The notes under the pieces: model-generated
Databases searched by the model: none
Told to the model about the DNA's origin: nothing
What the model saw: the letters and a program-made list of their open reading frames with translations, nothing else
Program-made: the position numbers and the translations under genes
Origin: Escherichia phage HY02
DNA: 64,000 nt
Sequence record: KM092515
Direction: 5' to 3' (one strand)
Shown here: piece after piece, positions 38,824-48,986 of the stretch
Numbering within the stretch: the first letter of the stretch is position 1
Layout: the number at the start of each line of letters is the position of its first letter

Positions 38824-39357
38824 TCAAGATAGTTTTGCAAACTCTCCGTGGAGTTTTATAGCAGCTTCACAGTAAGCTTTGTGGGCTTCTTCAGGTGTGT
38901 CATGATAACCTAAAAACATCTTCTTACCTCTATAACTTATCTGTGCGACCCACTTACCAGACTTCTTCTTAAGACTTACACCCTTGTACCCAGATTTATT
39001 GGTGACTAGCTTACCTTTATTCCAAGCACTTTGAAAGTCATCTGCTTCCCTTAAGTTTACAATCCTGTTGTCAAGTGAGTCTCCGTTGATGTGGTCAATG
39101 ATACCTTTTGGCATCTTGCCATACACGTAAAGCCATGCGAGTCTGTGTGCTTTATGTGCTTTCTTGTCAAAATAGATACTAATCTGTTTATGACCACTTG
39201 AATCAGTCTGGATATTACCTGCCACCTTTCCTGCATAATTACTGTTAAAAACACTAACAGCTCTTGATTTACCTTCTCTACGAAGCCAAGTAAAGACCCC
39301 TGTTTCGGGGTCATAGTGTAGCAGCTCCTTTAAACGTTTTTGTAAAATAAAATCCAT
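38824..39357 (-). CDS. HNH homing endonuclease with AP2 DNA-binding domain
   Basis: HNH core (HRLAWLYVYGKMPKGIIDHINGDSLDNRIVNLR) plus AP2-like segment (SGYKGVSLKKKSGKWVAQISYRGKKMFLGYHDTPEEAHKAY); directly downstream of the DNA polymerase gene; paralog at 48940-49455. Confidence 0.8.
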   Translation of the reverse strand: MDFILQKRLKELLHYDPETGVFTWLRREGKSRAVSVFNSNYAGKVAGNIQTDSSGHKQISIYFDKKAHKAHRLAWLYVYGKMPKGIIDHINGDSLDNRIVNLREADDFQSAWNKGKLVTNKSGYKGVSLKKKSGKWVAQISYRGKKMFLGYHDTPEEAHKAYCEAAIKLHGEFAKLS

Positions 39358-39360
39358 TAA

Positions 39361-42060
39361 TCAATGTACCTCATACCAGCTCTTACCAACCTTTGCTGTA
39401 CCAGTTACAAGTGTTTCTTTCCTCAAACCTAAGTTTTTTGAAGCTTGCCCATACATCCAGTCAGCAATTGCTTTCATATCATGTGTCATACCCTCTGGGC
39501 ATTCCCAACTATTTTCGTCGTGATATGCCAGAAGTAACCTTGCTCCGATAGCTGGTTTTCGAGCATTCAGTTTTGTCAGGCCATCTTCACAGGCTTTTCT
39601 TGCTGCTAGGTTGATGGCTTCATTCTGAATCTGTGCTTCCGAACTCATCAGGAGGTAGTTCAGTAGTTTATGTGGAGATTTGCACCATATCCATGCTCCA
39701 GCGACCCTGATATAACCACCTTTAGCAATTGAAGAGTTCTTCCCAAAAACCTCTTCCAGAGCCTTTTTAGACGCCTTAAAATCAGCTTCTAAGCTATCAA
39801 GTAACTTCTTAATCTTTGGCAGACGCATATAGTAAGTTTGTTTCGTCAATGCACCTTCTTCCGTAGATGATGCCTTGATAGTTTTTGCAAACTTCTCATC
39901 TCCGGCTCCAAATAACAGGGCGTAGATGCCATTTTTGCTCTTCTTACGACCTTTTGTAATCTCGTGAAGAAGTTCCTCATCCTGTGTCTCCCTGCAACGA
40001 ACAATATCCTCTTCTTTGTTAAGACCAAAGTAAATACTGTTCAGTGTATGCGCATCAGTCCCCGTGTAGACTTCATAGAGGTCATTTTCAGCATCATAGC
40101 GCAGATACTTGTCAGTTTCTGGGTTAAGATACTTGTCAAGATGCTTACAGTAGTATCTACCATCATCTTGCTTAGTGAACTCTACTGACTCTTTACCTTC
40201 AGTTACTGCTTTAGTGAAGTCTTTATCACCCATAAAGTTACACAGTAAAACAAGCTGTGCAGAGTTCTGGTCAACTGAAACGATATTAGTACCTTCCTCA
40301 CAAATCCAAACTTCCCTCATAGGTGCTCCATAGACAGCAGCACCAGACGGTACGTTTACAATACCATATTGTGTCATACGTCCAGTTGAAGTACCAAACA
40401 CCATTGCACCAGCACTAAGGCGACCATCAGGACGAATCTGGTTCAACCAACCTTTTTCATCATCTTTTGAGTTCTCAATAGTTCTGCGTCGGTGCATCAA
40501 AGTATAGTACTTAGCAATCTTCTGTCCAAGCTCACCTTCAATCGTATCATAAGATGATTCAGTAAGTTTTGGTGAAGTCCTAATCAGACAAGGTTCAAGT
40601 AAGTCTGTGTACTTCTTAACAGACCAGTTATGCTCTATGTACTGTACACCTTCATGCTCAACATAACTCAAACCACACCGTTCCACCATCTCATCCCACT
40701 TAGGATGTTTTGTAATCATCTTTTTATTGTCTTTGAAACGACAAACTTTGACAGGGCGACCATCTGAGTCTTTCTTGTAGTTCCAGTCATCTGGAATCCA
40801 ACCAACTGATTTCAAGTAGTCTTTAACAACTGCTACCTGAGTCATACGAGAAACTTCAAACTCGATTGGTGTATATGGTGCATCAATCAAACCTGTGTAG
40901 CGACTTGACTCAAGCTCAAAGTGGTTAACAACATGGCTGTTATAGTACTTCACAGTTTTAACTGTTTTTACTGGCTTCCAGTCTTTGCATTTCTTACCAA
41001 TCTTTGCGTTCAACTCATTGCAAATTGCACGAGCATCCTTCATTGCTACAAAGCCTTCCTTGTACTCTTCACCAGTTACAGAGTTGGTTGGTGTATAGCA
41101 ATTCCGCTTTTCAATGTTAAAAATCTTTGTAGTTGGCTTACCAAATGGCTTGATTTCATATGTCTGCATCTCACCATTACGTACCTGCTGACGATACTTT
41201 GTCTTAGGATACTTGGTAATTCTCTTCAGTCCATCTGCATGACCAAATGCTTCAACATACTCATTCCAAGCTTTTGCAAACTCTTCTCCAGTGACTTTAC
41301 CTTTAGTCTTAATAGTTGGAGGGAGATGTGGTTCCACTTCTGAAGCAAGCTCATTAGTCAACTTGTCAAGTTCCTTTACATGGAACTCCATAAGCTCTTT
41401 ATCAGCCTTCCAACCATTGATAGCTTGTTGACTCATCCAGAAAGATGTTTCTTTAGCTCGCATGTAGGTTTCATAAGTATCTATGCCACACTTCTTTAGC
41501 TTCAGATATTCATTATCCAATGCACGTTTAGTTTTGGCGTTAATACGGATATCTTCCACAACACGAGTGAAGATTTCTGCATTCCACACACCCCAATGTT
41601 CAATCTCTGGTTTACGAACACCAACACGAGCACCCCATGCTGCCAAGCCATGAGCACCTTTATAGCCTTTTGGAGTTGGTCTATCCATCCATTGAACACG
41701 AGACTGAATAAGAGAATCCTGAAAGAAATTACTCCACGGCTTACACTTTGGATTATCAAAGTTCCACAAATCAGGTGCAATGTGATTGAAAACCCACCAG
41801 TCATAACCGAGACCATTATGGATGCAAAGACGTTTTGCCTTTAACGCAAATTCAACACCTTCACGTAAGCCGCCCTTAATGTACTTAGTGTACTTGTGAC
41901 CGAGGATAGGCTCATCTGTAAAGACCCATACAGGTGGCTCTTCATCGTCAGATTTATAGTCTGCGAAAGCCATTACGTGCACTTTAGTGAACTCAAGGAG
42001 TAAACCATCAGTTTCTGTATCACCAACTAAATGTAAGTTTTTAAAATCTACGTTTTCCAT
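39361..42060 (-). CDS. DNA polymerase, family A, with 3'-5' exonuclease domain
   Basis: Exo I-like DTETDG; motif A-like VDQNSAQLV, motif B-like KNGIYALLFGAG, motif C-like YHDE; start moved to the second ATG, which has a GAGGGA RBS. Confidence 0.85.
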   Translation of the reverse strand: MENVDFKNLHLVGDTETDGLLLEFTKVHVMAFADYKSDDEEPPVWVFTDEPILGHKYTKYIKGGLREGVEFALKAKRLCIHNGLGYDWWVFNHIAPDLWNFDNPKCKPWSNFFQDSLIQSRVQWMDRPTPKGYKGAHGLAAWGARVGVRKPEIEHWGVWNAEIFTRVVEDIRINAKTKRALDNEYLKLKKCGIDTYETYMRAKETSFWMSQQAINGWKADKELMEFHVKELDKLTNELASEVEPHLPPTIKTKGKVTGEEFAKAWNEYVEAFGHADGLKRITKYPKTKYRQQVRNGEMQTYEIKPFGKPTTKIFNIEKRNCYTPTNSVTGEEYKEGFVAMKDARAICNELNAKIGKKCKDWKPVKTVKTVKYYNSHVVNHFELESSRYTGLIDAPYTPIEFEVSRMTQVAVVKDYLKSVGWIPDDWNYKKDSDGRPVKVCRFKDNKKMITKHPKWDEMVERCGLSYVEHEGVQYIEHNWSVKKYTDLLEPCLIRTSPKLTESSYDTIEGELGQKIAKYYTLMHRRRTIENSKDDEKGWLNQIRPDGRLSAGAMVFGTSTGRMTQYGIVNVPSGAAVYGAPMREVWICEEGTNIVSVDQNSAQLVLLCNFMGDKDFTKAVTEGKESVEFTKQDDGRYYCKHLDKYLNPETDKYLRYDAENDLYEVYTGTDAHTLNSIYFGLNKEEDIVRCRETQDEELLHEITKGRKKSKNGIYALLFGAGDEKFAKTIKASSTEEGALTKQTYYMRLPKIKKLLDSLEADFKASKKALEEVFGKNSSIAKGGYIRVAGAWIWCKSPHKLLNYLLMSSEAQIQNEAINLAARKACEDGLTKLNARKPAIGARLLLAYHDENSWECPEGMTHDMKAIADWMYGQASKNLGLRKETLVTGTAKVGKSWYEVH

Positions 42061-42119
42061 TTGTACTCCCTCTAATTCATTAACCTCATACATTACTGCA
42101 AAAAATTATAAAAAGCAAG

Positions 42120-42148
42120 TTGACAATGCGCTTGACAAGGTGTTAATC
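42120..42148 (+). promoter_or_regulatory. sigma70-like promoter region with tandem TTGACA boxes
   Basis: AAAAGCAAGTTGACAATGCGCTTGACAAGGTGTTAATCT in the divergent region between the polymerase gene and the plus-strand block; the -10 is ambiguous. Confidence 0.4.
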
Positions 42149-42316
42149 TTTGCGAAGTGGGTTTTTACTTAAAAGGTTACTTAACAGTTTAACTATACAG
42201 ATACTTTAAAAGTCTTAAAAGATTATTTAATAGCTTTTAAAAAGCTTTAAAGTATAACGTATAGAATACGTTAAGATAAAAGATTAAAACTTAATAGTTA
42301 CTTAAAAGAGGCTTAC

Positions 42317-42739
42317 ATGCAGAAAATGTTTGTTCACCCAGACATAGCTGACTTTGTTAGAGCTTTGCAAAAGTTGGAAGAACTTGACATTGCTGCTCAA
42401 CGGGAATATGCTCACCATCACAGGAGAATGGTTGATATACAACATGAAATAGAGTTGTCTGAAAACTATGAAGATGACTTAAAATGCTCTGTATTTGAGC
42501 ATATGAAAGATGTTGCTACAGCGAGACGTAAAGCTAAAGACACAGTTGCTTTACTAGATTCTCTTAAAAAGAGGTTGCAAAGTGGTACAGACCTGTGTAA
42601 TCTAGCGTCACTGATTAACGATGTTGAAACTTCTTGGGATAGGCACTATTATCCACGTTCTGAAAAGACACTTGACTTTTCTTCATCCGAAAACTTAAAA
42701 TGTTCTAGAAAGAAACTTAACCAACTGAGAGAGAAATAA
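42317..42739 (+). CDS. hypothetical protein
   Basis: 140-aa ORF with AAAGAGG RBS. Confidence 0.55.
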   Translation: MQKMFVHPDIADFVRALQKLEELDIAAQREYAHHHRRMVDIQHEIELSENYEDDLKCSVFEHMKDVATARRKAKDTVALLDSLKKRLQSGTDLCNLASLINDVETSWDRHYYPRSEKTLDFSSSENLKCSRKKLNQLREK

Positions 42740-42740
42740 T

Positions 42741-43553
42741 ATGAATATCGATGTAGAAAAGATGCTTGAAGAGAAAGGTATTGACGAAGCATTTTTAATC
42801 AATGCCGTAGAAAGCATGGCTATGATTCTTCGTGGTAACAACTACACAGAACAGTTTATGCCTGCAAGCTATAACTTGCCTGAAGACAAGTCTGATAACG
42901 GTGCTTTTGCAGAACAGGTTAACATGATGCTTTGCGACAAAACACTTGCTTTAGCATCTATCGTTGTAGGTGTTGATGCCCTTGCAGAGTTCATTTTTTA
43001 TGAGATGCAGAAAAATGATTATATTGCCATGACCACTGAAGAAAAAGACTTGCTACTACTCGCAGGTAACGATGAACTAATTGACCTGTTAATTTCATCA
43101 ACTAGTGCTGTTATGGCTGCTCTTGAGAAGCGCATGGAAGAAAAACTTTCACGATATGAAAAACTTGATTGGGGTGTAGAAGAATTAAACCCACGAATCA
43201 AAGAAATTATCCAGCAAACTAAAGATTCTTTAGGAGAAGCTGTGAAAGATGATTCTGTAGCTGATGTAGAACCACTACAGGTGAAGGTTGCTCTGATGAT
43301 TCCAGCTATTTCTACAATGATGAATATCGTTGCACTAATCCAACTTTCTCAGATGTTGGGAGTAACCATTGAGTTCGTTGAGGAAATGACTGGCGGTGTG
43401 AGTATGCAAGCAATCAATGATGTTTTGGTGAACATTGGTGCTTCAATCATTGAAGAGAAGCTTCGCATTAACTTTGGTGATGATTTTGTGAAGCAAATCT
43501 CAGCTATGGCTGAAAAAGAACACTCACAGATTAATACTGACCAACTGCACTAA
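42741..43553 (+). CDS. hypothetical protein
   Basis: 270-aa ORF with RBS. Confidence 0.55.
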   Translation: MNIDVEKMLEEKGIDEAFLINAVESMAMILRGNNYTEQFMPASYNLPEDKSDNGAFAEQVNMMLCDKTLALASIVVGVDALAEFIFYEMQKNDYIAMTTEEKDLLLLAGNDELIDLLISSTSAVMAALEKRMEEKLSRYEKLDWGVEELNPRIKEIIQQTKDSLGEAVKDDSVADVEPLQVKVALMIPAISTMMNIVALIQLSQMLGVTIEFVEEMTGGVSMQAINDVLVNIGASIIEEKLRINFGDDFVKQISAMAEKEHSQINTDQLH

Positions 43554-43570
43554 GTTTTTATAAACCTTAC

Positions 43571-43596
43571 AAGCCTCCTTAGTTGGGGGCTTTTTA
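43571..43596 (+). terminator. rho-independent terminator
   Basis: AAGCCTCC...GGGGGCTT hairpin followed by TTT. Confidence 0.45.
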
Positions 43597-43614
43597 GTAA
43601 TTAAGGAAGATAGA

Positions 43615-44358
43615 ATGAGTAATATTATTGCATTTACTGGAAAAGCACGTTCTGGAAAGGACACCTCATGTTCTATTGTCAAAAATATCCTAGAAGATGA
43701 GTATGGCTACAATGTTGCAGTAATGGCCTATGCAGACAACCTTAAACTTTCTGCATCAAAGATATTTGACTTGACATGGAATGACCTGTACGGCGAAACT
43801 AAAGAGACTCCACAGGTTTTTGATTTATCATACTCTGAACTTATGTTAAAAGTTACGGAAGCTATGGAGTTCACCTTCAGAGATGAACGTTATCATATGG
43901 ACTTTAAGCTTATGTCAGAGTTAACCGGACGATTAATCATGGAACTTAAGAAGGTCGCTAAACCGACTCTATTGACACGTCTTGGGTTTAGTAAAAAGTA
44001 TAAATTCTCATCAAGGCAAATTCAACAGATTTGGGGTACTGAAGTTATCCGTAAAGTTATGGGTGACAAGTTCTGGTCTAAAGACCTTGAAAAAAGAATG
44101 GTAAACTTCTTTGACGTTTGCTCACTTAGGAATCAAGAAGGTGTTGTTCTAATCAGTGACTTAAGGTTTGACTCTGAAGCTGAGTGGCTGAGTAGATTTG
44201 CACACCAAACTATTGAAGTAAAAAGAGACAATGTGGACAAGGTTTCATCACATGTTTCAGAAAATGGAATTTCTACCAAATATGCGCGTGACATTATCCA
44301 TAATAATGGTACTCTTGAAGACCTTGAAAGCAAGCTAAGAGCTATCCTGAAAATTTAA
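43615..44358 (+). CDS. deoxynucleoside monophosphate kinase-like P-loop protein
   Basis: N-terminal P-loop IIAFTGKARSGKDT resembling phage dNMP kinases (T4 gp1-like); 247 aa. Confidence 0.55.
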   Translation: MSNIIAFTGKARSGKDTSCSIVKNILEDEYGYNVAVMAYADNLKLSASKIFDLTWNDLYGETKETPQVFDLSYSELMLKVTEAMEFTFRDERYHMDFKLMSELTGRLIMELKKVAKPTLLTRLGFSKKYKFSSRQIQQIWGTEVIRKVMGDKFWSKDLEKRMVNFFDVCSLRNQEGVVLISDLRFDSEAEWLSRFAHQTIEVKRDNVDKVSSHVSENGISTKYARDIIHNNGTLEDLESKLRAILKI

Positions 44359-44366
44359 AAGAGAGA

Positions 44367-44567
44367 ATGAAGATGAGAGTAAAAGATAATTTTAAAGTTA
44401 TTGACCATCGTTTAGTGGAACTCTCATCTCTTTCCAATGAGGTAATGATTGAACGTCTTAAGAGAGTTGAATCACGAAGGAAAGAGATTGCAGATGAAAT
44501 TCATGAATTGGACAAGATTGAAAATGGATTGAAGGCAGAACTACAACGAAGAGGTGCTAATGTCTAA
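44367..44567 (+). CDS. hypothetical small coiled-coil protein
   Basis: 66-aa ORF. Confidence 0.45.
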   Translation: MKMRVKDNFKVIDHRLVELSSLSNEVMIERLKRVESRRKEIADEIHELDKIENGLKAELQRRGANV

Positions 44568-46545
44568 AGGTCGTAAATTGAAAGAGGCTGGTCAGTTTAT
44601 TGGTCATTGTGCATGTCCACGTTGTGGTTCATCAGATGCTGGTTCAATCTATCATCATGACGATGATTCTTATTCGATGACTTGCTTTAGCTGTAACAAA
44701 GGTTTCCCAGAGTGGGATTTTGATAAAGGACAAATCGTGAGCACTTATTCTACTGGTTCAGACAATAAAAACCGTACTTTCCGTGGAATGGATTTAGACG
44801 ATGTAAAAGAAAACCTAGAAGCAATGGACTTGAAAGACAGGAAGATTCCTGCAAAAGTCCTTGAACGCTTAGGTATCAAGGTTGACATTGACAGTGATGG
44901 TGAAATTGACGCACATTTCTATCCAACTTACAAACGTAATGAAGATGGTAAGCTAGAACATGTTGGTTACCGTGTTCGTCACCGTTACCCAGAAGACCAT
45001 CCAAAAGAGCACCTACGTGGTAAGCTAAAAGACTTTTCTGGTGGTGTTGGAGACATTAAAGGTGAACTGGCAATGTTCGGTTCATGGATTGCTCCAGAAG
45101 GTGGTAACCGTCTATTCATCTGGGAAGGTGAGATGGAATGTGCGACAGCAATCTATATGACTTCTCTTGCGATTAAGGACAAGTCTCGTCGTAAGAATTA
45201 CTGTCACGTATCTGTTCCATCGGGTGCAAACATCAAGTCTATCAAGGATAACTATCAGTACATTACATCATTTGATGAGATTTACTTGTGCTTTGATAAC
45301 GATGAAGCAGGTGCTAAAGCCACTAAAGAGGCTGCTGGTATCCTACCTATTGAGAAGGTTCGTTTATTCCAGTATCCAGAAGGTGTAAAAGACCTTAACG
45401 AGTGGTGGACAAAGTTCTATAAAGAGAAAGATACAGTTCTGGAAGGATTTAAGCAGCGTATCTACAATGCACCTCGTTACTGTCCTGCTGGTATCAAGAA
45501 CTTCGCAGATGGTTTTGAGGCAATGAAGAATCGTGGTCAGATTCCATTGATTCCTTTCCCAGAATCTTTCGGAGATTTGAACAGGCTGACTTATGGTGGT
45601 TACGGTTTAGGTGAGATTACAACTCTGGCAGCACCATCTTCAGTGGGTAAATCTGCATACACTCGTGAAATGATTTACACTGCTTGGAAAGATACCGATT
45701 ACAATATTGGTGTAATTCCTGTAGAGGATACCTATGAAGAGTTGATGGAGATGCTCTGTGCAATCCACCTGAGCAAGCAGATTTCTGAGATTCCTTATGA
45801 CGAACGTGATTGGGATGAATTGAAGGAAGCACACGCAGAACTGTCTAAAGGTCGTCGTATCCACATCGTAGACCATCAAGGGGCAATTGACCAAGATAAC
45901 TTGCTGGAATTTGTTGACTATCTTGTTAACAGCTTGGACTGTAAGATTATTATTCTTGACCCTATTACGTTGGCTCTGTCACGTTCAGATACTGATGAAG
46001 AGGAAGTTTTATCTGAGCTATTGCGTCGTTGTAAACGCTACCAGTATGCACAGGTAAACGTCTGTCACGTTCGTAAAAGTGCAGGTGGTCAGAAGGCTAA
46101 CTCCGAAGGTGGAGATATCTCTGAAGAGGATATTAAAGGCTCTGGTGCGTATTTCCAGATTTCTATGAACAACATTCTGTTAATGCGTAACAAGGTTGAC
46201 CCAGACCCTGTTAAGAAAAACTTGACAAAAATCAAGTTAACTAAATGCCGTCGTCACGGTAAGTCAACGGGTATTGCTGGTCATACTTGGTACAATCCAG
46301 ATACAGGACGTCTCATTAAAGCATCTGGTTGTGGAGTTGACATTGATGGCGCAGCAGAAAATATTCGCCAACAGTTTGGTATTGGTGAAGCTGAAGACCA
46401 TTACGATGACTCTTTGCCACATTATGAGGATGAAGTGTTTGACCGTGAGACTGGTGAAGTCTATACTGAAGAACAGCGTCAAAGCTCAACGATTCCACCT
46501 GTATTAAGTGAGGATGCAGATGACTGCCCATTCGAAACTGAGTGA
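44560..46545 (+). CDS. DNA primase-helicase (T7 gp4-like)
   Basis: N-terminal zinc-binding cysteines (CACPRCGSSD...CFSCNKG), central TOPRIM-like acidic region, C-terminal DnaB-type Walker A APSSVGKSAY; start moved to the ATG with a GAAGAGG RBS. Confidence 0.85.
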   Translation: MSKGRKLKEAGQFIGHCACPRCGSSDAGSIYHHDDDSYSMTCFSCNKGFPEWDFDKGQIVSTYSTGSDNKNRTFRGMDLDDVKENLEAMDLKDRKIPAKVLERLGIKVDIDSDGEIDAHFYPTYKRNEDGKLEHVGYRVRHRYPEDHPKEHLRGKLKDFSGGVGDIKGELAMFGSWIAPEGGNRLFIWEGEMECATAIYMTSLAIKDKSRRKNYCHVSVPSGANIKSIKDNYQYITSFDEIYLCFDNDEAGAKATKEAAGILPIEKVRLFQYPEGVKDLNEWWTKFYKEKDTVLEGFKQRIYNAPRYCPAGIKNFADGFEAMKNRGQIPLIPFPESFGDLNRLTYGGYGLGEITTLAAPSSVGKSAYTREMIYTAWKDTDYNIGVIPVEDTYEELMEMLCAIHLSKQISEIPYDERDWDELKEAHAELSKGRRIHIVDHQGAIDQDNLLEFVDYLVNSLDCKIIILDPITLALSRSDTDEEEVLSELLRRCKRYQYAQVNVCHVRKSAGGQKANSEGGDISEEDIKGSGAYFQISMNNILLMRNKVDPDPVKKNLTKIKLTKCRRHGKSTGIAGHTWYNPDTGRLIKASGCGVDIDGAAENIRQQFGIGEAEDHYDDSLPHYEDEVFDRETGEVYTEEQRQSSTIPPVLSEDADDCPFETE

Positions 46546-46801
46546 TAGTTATAAAAGAGAGGGGTTCACACCCTTCTTTGAAGAAAAAAGTTTAAATAAA
46601 TTTCAGGAAGAGTGTTTGACAAAGATTGATAGGTTCTATAGAATGCTCCTCATGAAATGCGATGGGGAAGTTGAGGTAAAAGAAGATTTCCACCAGAGTA
46701 TGATTACAGTCATCATTGCGCTGCCTCAGCATGATATTAGTTGGCTGTTTATAATTAAAGAAAATGTGTTTGAATATCAAGTATATCGGAGAATATCATG
46801 A
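46508..46801 (+). CDS. hypothetical protein
   Basis: 97-aa ORF overlapping the primase-helicase 3' end. Confidence 0.4.
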   Translation: MRMQMTAHSKLSDSYKREGFTPFFEEKSLNKFQEECLTKIDRFYRMLLMKCDGEVEVKEDFHQSMITVIIALPQHDISWLFIIKENVFEYQVYRRIS

Positions 46802-46947
46802 AACACTCTAAAGCATTTGAAAAAGTTTTTGGGGATTCTTTAAAAGCCACTGCTGGAAAACCAGCAAAATACTATGAAGAAAAACGTGTAAGAACTGGAA
46901 AAACTGCACGTAAAGCAGCTTCTAAAGATAAGCACAACTTCCAGTAA
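46798..46947 (+). CDS. small basic protein (49 aa), not in the supplied ORF track
   Basis: ATG at 46798 overlaps the upstream stop (ATGA) and has a GGAGAA RBS; open to TAA at 46945-46947; Lys/Arg-rich. Confidence 0.4.
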   Translation: MKHSKAFEKVFGDSLKATAGKPAKYYEEKRVRTGKTARKAASKDKHNFQ

Positions 46948-46954
46948 TTAGTAT

Positions 46955-46983
46955 TTGACAATAGAGTATCAACAAACTAGAAT
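46955..46983 (+). promoter_or_regulatory. sigma70-like promoter (TTGACA, 17 bp, TAGAAT)
   Basis: TTGACA at 46955-46960 and TAGAAT at 46978-46983, upstream of the SSB-like gene. Confidence 0.45.
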
Positions 46984-47019
46984 TGGTACTCTTCATAAAT
47001 TGAGATAGAGGTTTAAATA

Positions 47020-47877
47020 ATGTCTAAAGTTGTTAAAATGAAAGCTCCGGTAGAGAAGTACAACGGTACTGAACGTCAAACTCTGCGTTACCTGCTGAAA
47101 GATGTCTGGTTTTATTACCTGAACACTTCACCACGTCCGGGAAAAGGTAAGTCTATTGATAAGAAATTCCCAGGCAAAGACTGTAACTACAGCGTATCAA
47201 TTCTGGCAGAAGACGGTAACAAACTGTTTAAAGAGTTTACTAAGTCTAAGAAGAACCCAGAAGGTTGGGATAAAGTTACTACTGAAGCAGTTGATGCAGA
47301 TGACTTCGAAGAGAAGTTTGGTTGTAAACCACCTTTTGAAGCAGACACTTACTACATCTTGAAAGTAAGTCGTGCAGCAGCTTATAAAGATGGTGCTGTA
47401 TGGACAGCTAAACAGTCATTCCCTGTTATGCTTATTGAAGAAGTAAATGGTAAGCGTGTAGCTGTTAAGCAGCCGATGAAGAAAATCAAAGCTCAAGCAT
47501 CTGATAAACATGAAGATGATAAGAACTATGATGTAATTCATCCAGATATTGCAGTTGGTAACGGTTCTTTTGGTAGTGTGATTCTTTCTACTCACTTCTA
47601 CACTTTTGAGAACAATGTTCTGACAAAACCTATTCAGGAACAGTTTATCATTGATACTCTTGTACCTTACACTGGTGGTAACGGTGCTAACGGTGAACCT
47701 GAACTGGATGAAGACGAACTGGCTATGCTTGGTCTTGATGGCGTTGAAGATAACGGTGAAATCACTGAAGAAGATGCAACAGACCACAAACCTTCGAATG
47801 ACTCTGACGATGGTGATGACGAAGACTTGCCGGACCCAGATGACGAAGAAGATGAAGACTTCGATACAGAAGATTAA
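47020..47877 (+). CDS. putative single-stranded DNA-binding protein with acidic C-terminal tail
   Basis: 285 aa with AGAGG RBS; extremely acidic C-terminus ending DEDFDTED, as in T7 gp2.5-type SSBs; followed by a terminator. Confidence 0.5.
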   Translation: MSKVVKMKAPVEKYNGTERQTLRYLLKDVWFYYLNTSPRPGKGKSIDKKFPGKDCNYSVSILAEDGNKLFKEFTKSKKNPEGWDKVTTEAVDADDFEEKFGCKPPFEADTYYILKVSRAAAYKDGAVWTAKQSFPVMLIEEVNGKRVAVKQPMKKIKAQASDKHEDDKNYDVIHPDIAVGNGSFGSVILSTHFYTFENNVLTKPIQEQFIIDTLVPYTGGNGANGEPELDEDELAMLGLDGVEDNGEITEEDATDHKPSNDSDDGDDEDLPDPDDEEDEDFDTED

Positions 47878-47895
47878 TCTCTAAAAGTTACTTTA

Positions 47896-47924
47896 AAGCC
47901 CTGTACTTAGTATGGGGCTTTTTC
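47896..47924 (+). terminator. rho-independent terminator
   Basis: AAGCCC...GGGGCTT hairpin followed by TTT. Confidence 0.55.
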
Positions 47925-47939
47925 ATATGGAGAGCCATA

Positions 47940-48986
47940 ATGGAGAAGTACACATTAACAAAGCTTCCCGATTCAGTTACACATGTCTTTATTGACTCTG
48001 ACAGCATTGCCTATAAAGGTGCTTGTGTAGTTGAGAAAGCAAAGTATAAATACGTTAATAAACTCACAGCAGAAGAATCTGAACCATTTGATAATGCGAA
48101 AGATGCTGCAAGATGGTTAGCAGACCAGAGAATCTTTGTGGAAGAGCTTGGCCTGACATTTGATGAAGATGAATGGGAAAGACAAACTTGGAAAGAAGCT
48201 AAGAGTGAAAAAGAAGCTATCATGGCTACTCAACAGGTTCTTCAGGAATGGCTTAAGGTTGTTGGTAAAGAAAGAACTTGGGTGGGTTATTTAACAGAGA
48301 AAGGTGTGCATAAACATAAAGACATTAAAGGTCTTGAGCACCAATATCAAGGTAACCGTAAAGATGCTGTCACACCAACACACTTAGTCGCTTGTCGTGA
48401 ATACCTTTTATCCAGACCAGAGTTCAAGCTCTTAAAGGGAGGCTTCGAAGCCGATTCAATCGTAATTGCTAAAGCTGAAAAGATGGGTAAGAAGGCTGCT
48501 CTTATGAGTATTGACAAAGACCTTCGACAAGCTGAAGGGACTTATTGTATTGATATGACTTATGAAAAATCACCACTAATCTTTATCGCTGATAACAATG
48601 TTGGTGATATCTGGGATTGTCCTATCAAATCAAAACCAAAAGCTGCAAAAACAGTTGGTGTAGGTTTTAAATTCTTGTGTTATCAGGCTGTTGCTGGAGA
48701 TAATGCAGACAACTACTTCGGCCTAAAAGGTGCTGGTAAAGTAGCTGTGATGAATGCTTTAGATGGTAAAGAGACCTACAAAGAGTGTCTTGATGCTATC
48801 TATGAACTGTATGCTAAAAAAGACTCTTATACCTATGTGTCATGGGATGGTCAGACTGTTACAAAGACACCGTTAGAGTTAATGGAACAGCATTTCTTCC
48901 TAGCTTATCAAGAGCGAAATAAATCAGATATTTTTTCATTTGAAAAGTATGGTTGGACTCCGAATGTTAACTCAACAAACTCTTAA
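47940..48986 (+). CDS. putative 5'-3' exonuclease / RNase H (FEN-like)
   Basis: N-terminal acidic cluster VFIDSDSIAYKG and later GGFEADSIVIAK...MSIDKDL resembling PIN/FEN nuclease motifs; 348 aa. Confidence 0.5.
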   Translation: MEKYTLTKLPDSVTHVFIDSDSIAYKGACVVEKAKYKYVNKLTAEESEPFDNAKDAARWLADQRIFVEELGLTFDEDEWERQTWKEAKSEKEAIMATQQVLQEWLKVVGKERTWVGYLTEKGVHKHKDIKGLEHQYQGNRKDAVTPTHLVACREYLLSRPEFKLLKGGFEADSIVIAKAEKMGKKAALMSIDKDLRQAEGTYCIDMTYEKSPLIFIADNNVGDIWDCPIKSKPKAAKTVGVGFKFLCYQAVAGDNADNYFGLKGAGKVAVMNALDGKETYKECLDAIYELYAKKDSYTYVSWDGQTVTKTPLELMEQHFFLAYQERNKSDIFSFEKYGWTPNVNSTNS

